This document shows positions 42,426 through 43,943 of a DNA stretch of 43,943 bases, piece after piece (the first letter of the stretch is position 1; every line of letters begins with the position of its first letter). Position numbers and translations under genes: made by a program. The notes beneath the pieces were generated by a model. It did not search any database and was not told the DNA's origin. It saw only the letters and a program-made list of their open reading frames with translations. Origin of the DNA: a bacterium (GTDB lineage Bacteria; UBP6; UBA1177; JAKLFG01); contig JAKQHE010000215.1 in assembly GCA_029573155.1 (NCBI GenBank), positions 1 to 43,943 on the forward strand, given 5' to 3'.

Positions 42426-43862
42426 ATGCCCCGTCTTTGGTCGTTGTTCTTTGGTTGCTCTTTTCTTTTTGTGCTGTCGTGCAGTACACCGGAGGAAACG
42501 GCCGTCGATGAGATGGCGGTCACCGACACGAAGGTCGCTGATGACACGGCGATGGACGAAGAGACAAAGGACGAAAATGACATAGGCAACGAAAAGGACG
42601 AAATGGTCGAGGGGGAAGAAAGCCCCGACCTGCTCGACGAGACCGTCGATCTTGAGGGACCGGACGGATCGGCGGACACGGCGCCTGACGAGGACACCGT
42701 CCAGCCCGACGATGTGATCCCGGTGGGCGAACTCATCATCGAACAGATATACCTGCCCGGGATGAACATGGGAGAGGCGGCTCTTATCGTCGGTCCCGAC
42801 GGGACGACGGTCCTCATCGATGTCGCCAACGACGGTCATGGTCCGCAGATACTCGAAGCGGTGACGCGGCGGAAAGGGGAGGCGGCGATAGACTGGGCGA
42901 TCATCACCCACTACCACAACGACCATATCGGCGGCTTTGACAACCTCTTCGGCGCCGGAGCGAACCAGCACCTCGAGGTGCGAAAAGGGATGATCCTCCG
43001 GGGCTTCTATGACATCGGCGCCGATATGCCGGGGGTCGAGGACTTCAATGAATTCTGTACCTTGGCGCGGGGGGAACTTGCGGCGCAGATGGTAACGCTC
43101 TGCACCGGCGTGGCCGAGATGCCGTGCGGCGATGCGAGCAGTCGCTTCCCGACCTCCGACTGTCCCGGCCTCCTTCTCGGCAACCTCGATATGAGCGACG
43201 ACGATGCGGCGGGGGCGCTCTCCTACATCCCGCTCGGTAACGGCGCGAAACTGTACTTCACCCACGCCAGCGGCTGGGTGGCGCAGGCCGGCGGCGCGAT
43301 ATCGGCAGAAAATAACGGCATCACCATCGGCTACGGCGAGACCGATCAGGAGAATGCGCGGAGTCTCGGCGGCGTCATCAAGTGGGGCGATTTCAATTAT
43401 CTTTTCGCCGGCGACACGCAGGGCCGCGATATCAAGATAGAGGGCTTCATCGCGTCGCACTCGGCCGGGCTTACCATAACGCCGGGGGGCGCCGAATTGC
43501 TTCCGTCGGGCGCCGCCGATGTTCTGCATCTTTCACACCACGGACTCGCCTCTTCGACGGCGCAGGAGTGGGTCGATTGGCTGTTCCCGGACAACGGACA
43601 GGGCCGTAATGCGGTGGTCGGGACGACCGGCATCTATGTCACCTCGCCGGCGCAGGCGGTGCTCGACCGGGTGGTGCCGCGGCTCGGGACCGGCTTTGTT
43701 TTCGCGACCGCCAACGCTTACACCCACGGTACGAGCCCGCAACTCATCATCGCGAACGCGGCGGTGACGGTGGAGGTGTCGCAAGGCGGGTCGCAGTATG
43801 TGATGGTGACCGGCGTGGGTGCCGGCGCGATAACCTCAGGGGTCTACCCGACCGTACCGTAA
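42426..43862 (+). CDS. Lipoprotein with metallo-beta-lactamase fold (ComEC-type MBL domain-like)
   Basis: The N-terminus MPRLWSLFFGCSFLFVLSC is a lipobox, followed by an acidic linker of about 75 aa. GEAALIVGPDGTTVLIDV...WAIITHYHNDHIGG is the HxHxDH motif, and a later ...LHLSHHG follows. Confidence 0.7.
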   Translation: MPRLWSLFFGCSFLFVLSCSTPEETAVDEMAVTDTKVADDTAMDEETKDENDIGNEKDEMVEGEESPDLLDETVDLEGPDGSADTAPDEDTVQPDDVIPVGELIIEQIYLPGMNMGEAALIVGPDGTTVLIDVANDGHGPQILEAVTRRKGEAAIDWAIITHYHNDHIGGFDNLFGAGANQHLEVRKGMILRGFYDIGADMPGVEDFNEFCTLARGELAAQMVTLCTGVAEMPCGDASSRFPTSDCPGLLLGNLDMSDDDAAGALSYIPLGNGAKLYFTHASGWVAQAGGAISAENNGITIGYGETDQENARSLGGVIKWGDFNYLFAGDTQGRDIKIEGFIASHSAGLTITPGGAELLPSGAADVLHLSHHGLASSTAQEWVDWLFPDNGQGRNAVVGTTGIYVTSPAQAVLDRVVPRLGTGFVFATANAYTHGTSPQLIIANAAVTVEVSQGGSQYVMVTGVGAGAITSGVYPTVP

Positions 43863-43943
43863 CGGTCGTGTATCTATTCGTAAGAATTCAGGAAAGAGGT
43901 AGGTGTAGAGAAAAAGTGGATCCTTTCCCCGGTTCGCTTTCGA

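Noticed and set aside
42393-43529. 378-aa minus-strand ORF antisense to the MBL-fold lipoprotein gene
   Set aside because: It is a shadow ORF with Arg/Gly/Val/Asp-rich translation. The plus-strand gene has a promoter, SD, lipobox and HxHxDH motif.
1-43943. Search for CRISPR arrays, tRNA/rRNA genes, IS elements, integrases, toxin-antitoxin pairs and known defence genes
   Set aside because: I saw no regularly spaced repeats, no cloverleaf-capable intergenic segments (all gaps are at most ~215 bp and were inspected), and no transposase, integrase or RT-like ORFs. The window appears to be core chromosome.

Overview
This looks like a chromosomal, origin-proximal segment of a high-G+C diderm bacterium. 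Lipoboxes, a C-terminal-Phe beta-barrel protein and MopE-type Cys motifs hint at a Myxococcota/deltaproteobacteria-like lineage, but that is speculation. I support about 41 protein genes, and coding density is above 90%. A long minus-strand block from 17.5 to 37 kb carries maf-recF-dnaN-dnaA, a TrmN6-like methyltransferase, tsaC, purE, rsmG, mnmG, mnmE, and then tsaE-nnr-SGNH-namZ-pssA-pgeF. The flanks carry typA, a secreted msrB-msrA fusion, tdh-kbl, uvrD/pcrA, hutH, a GT4/flippase-like/GT4/geranylgeranyl-reductase operon, and several clusters of secreted or lipoprotein genes of unknown function. I saw no rRNA, tRNA, CRISPR array, transposase, integrase or phage genes. Most of the very long reverse-strand or alternate-frame ORFs in the track are high-GC artefacts, and many listed ORFs have spurious 5' extensions, so I re-called starts from SD and promoter context. 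There is no obvious canonical defence or mobile system. The items most worth follow-up are (1) the glycosyltransferase/flippase/isoprenoid-reductase operon; (2) a GNAT plus three-secreted-protein operon (unknown beta-rich protein, NlpC/P60-PPC protein with an acidic tail and Cys-rich C-terminus, thioredoxin-like protein); (3) a sharp low-GC island covering dnaA, most of dnaN and a ~200-bp extremely AT-rich spacer; (4) an orphan V-type ATPase K (proteolipid) gene with an intact ion-site signature next to uvrD; and (5) a CAP / beta-barrel / Cys-rich lipoprotein cluster. All functional calls rest on my own motif recognition, with no database search.
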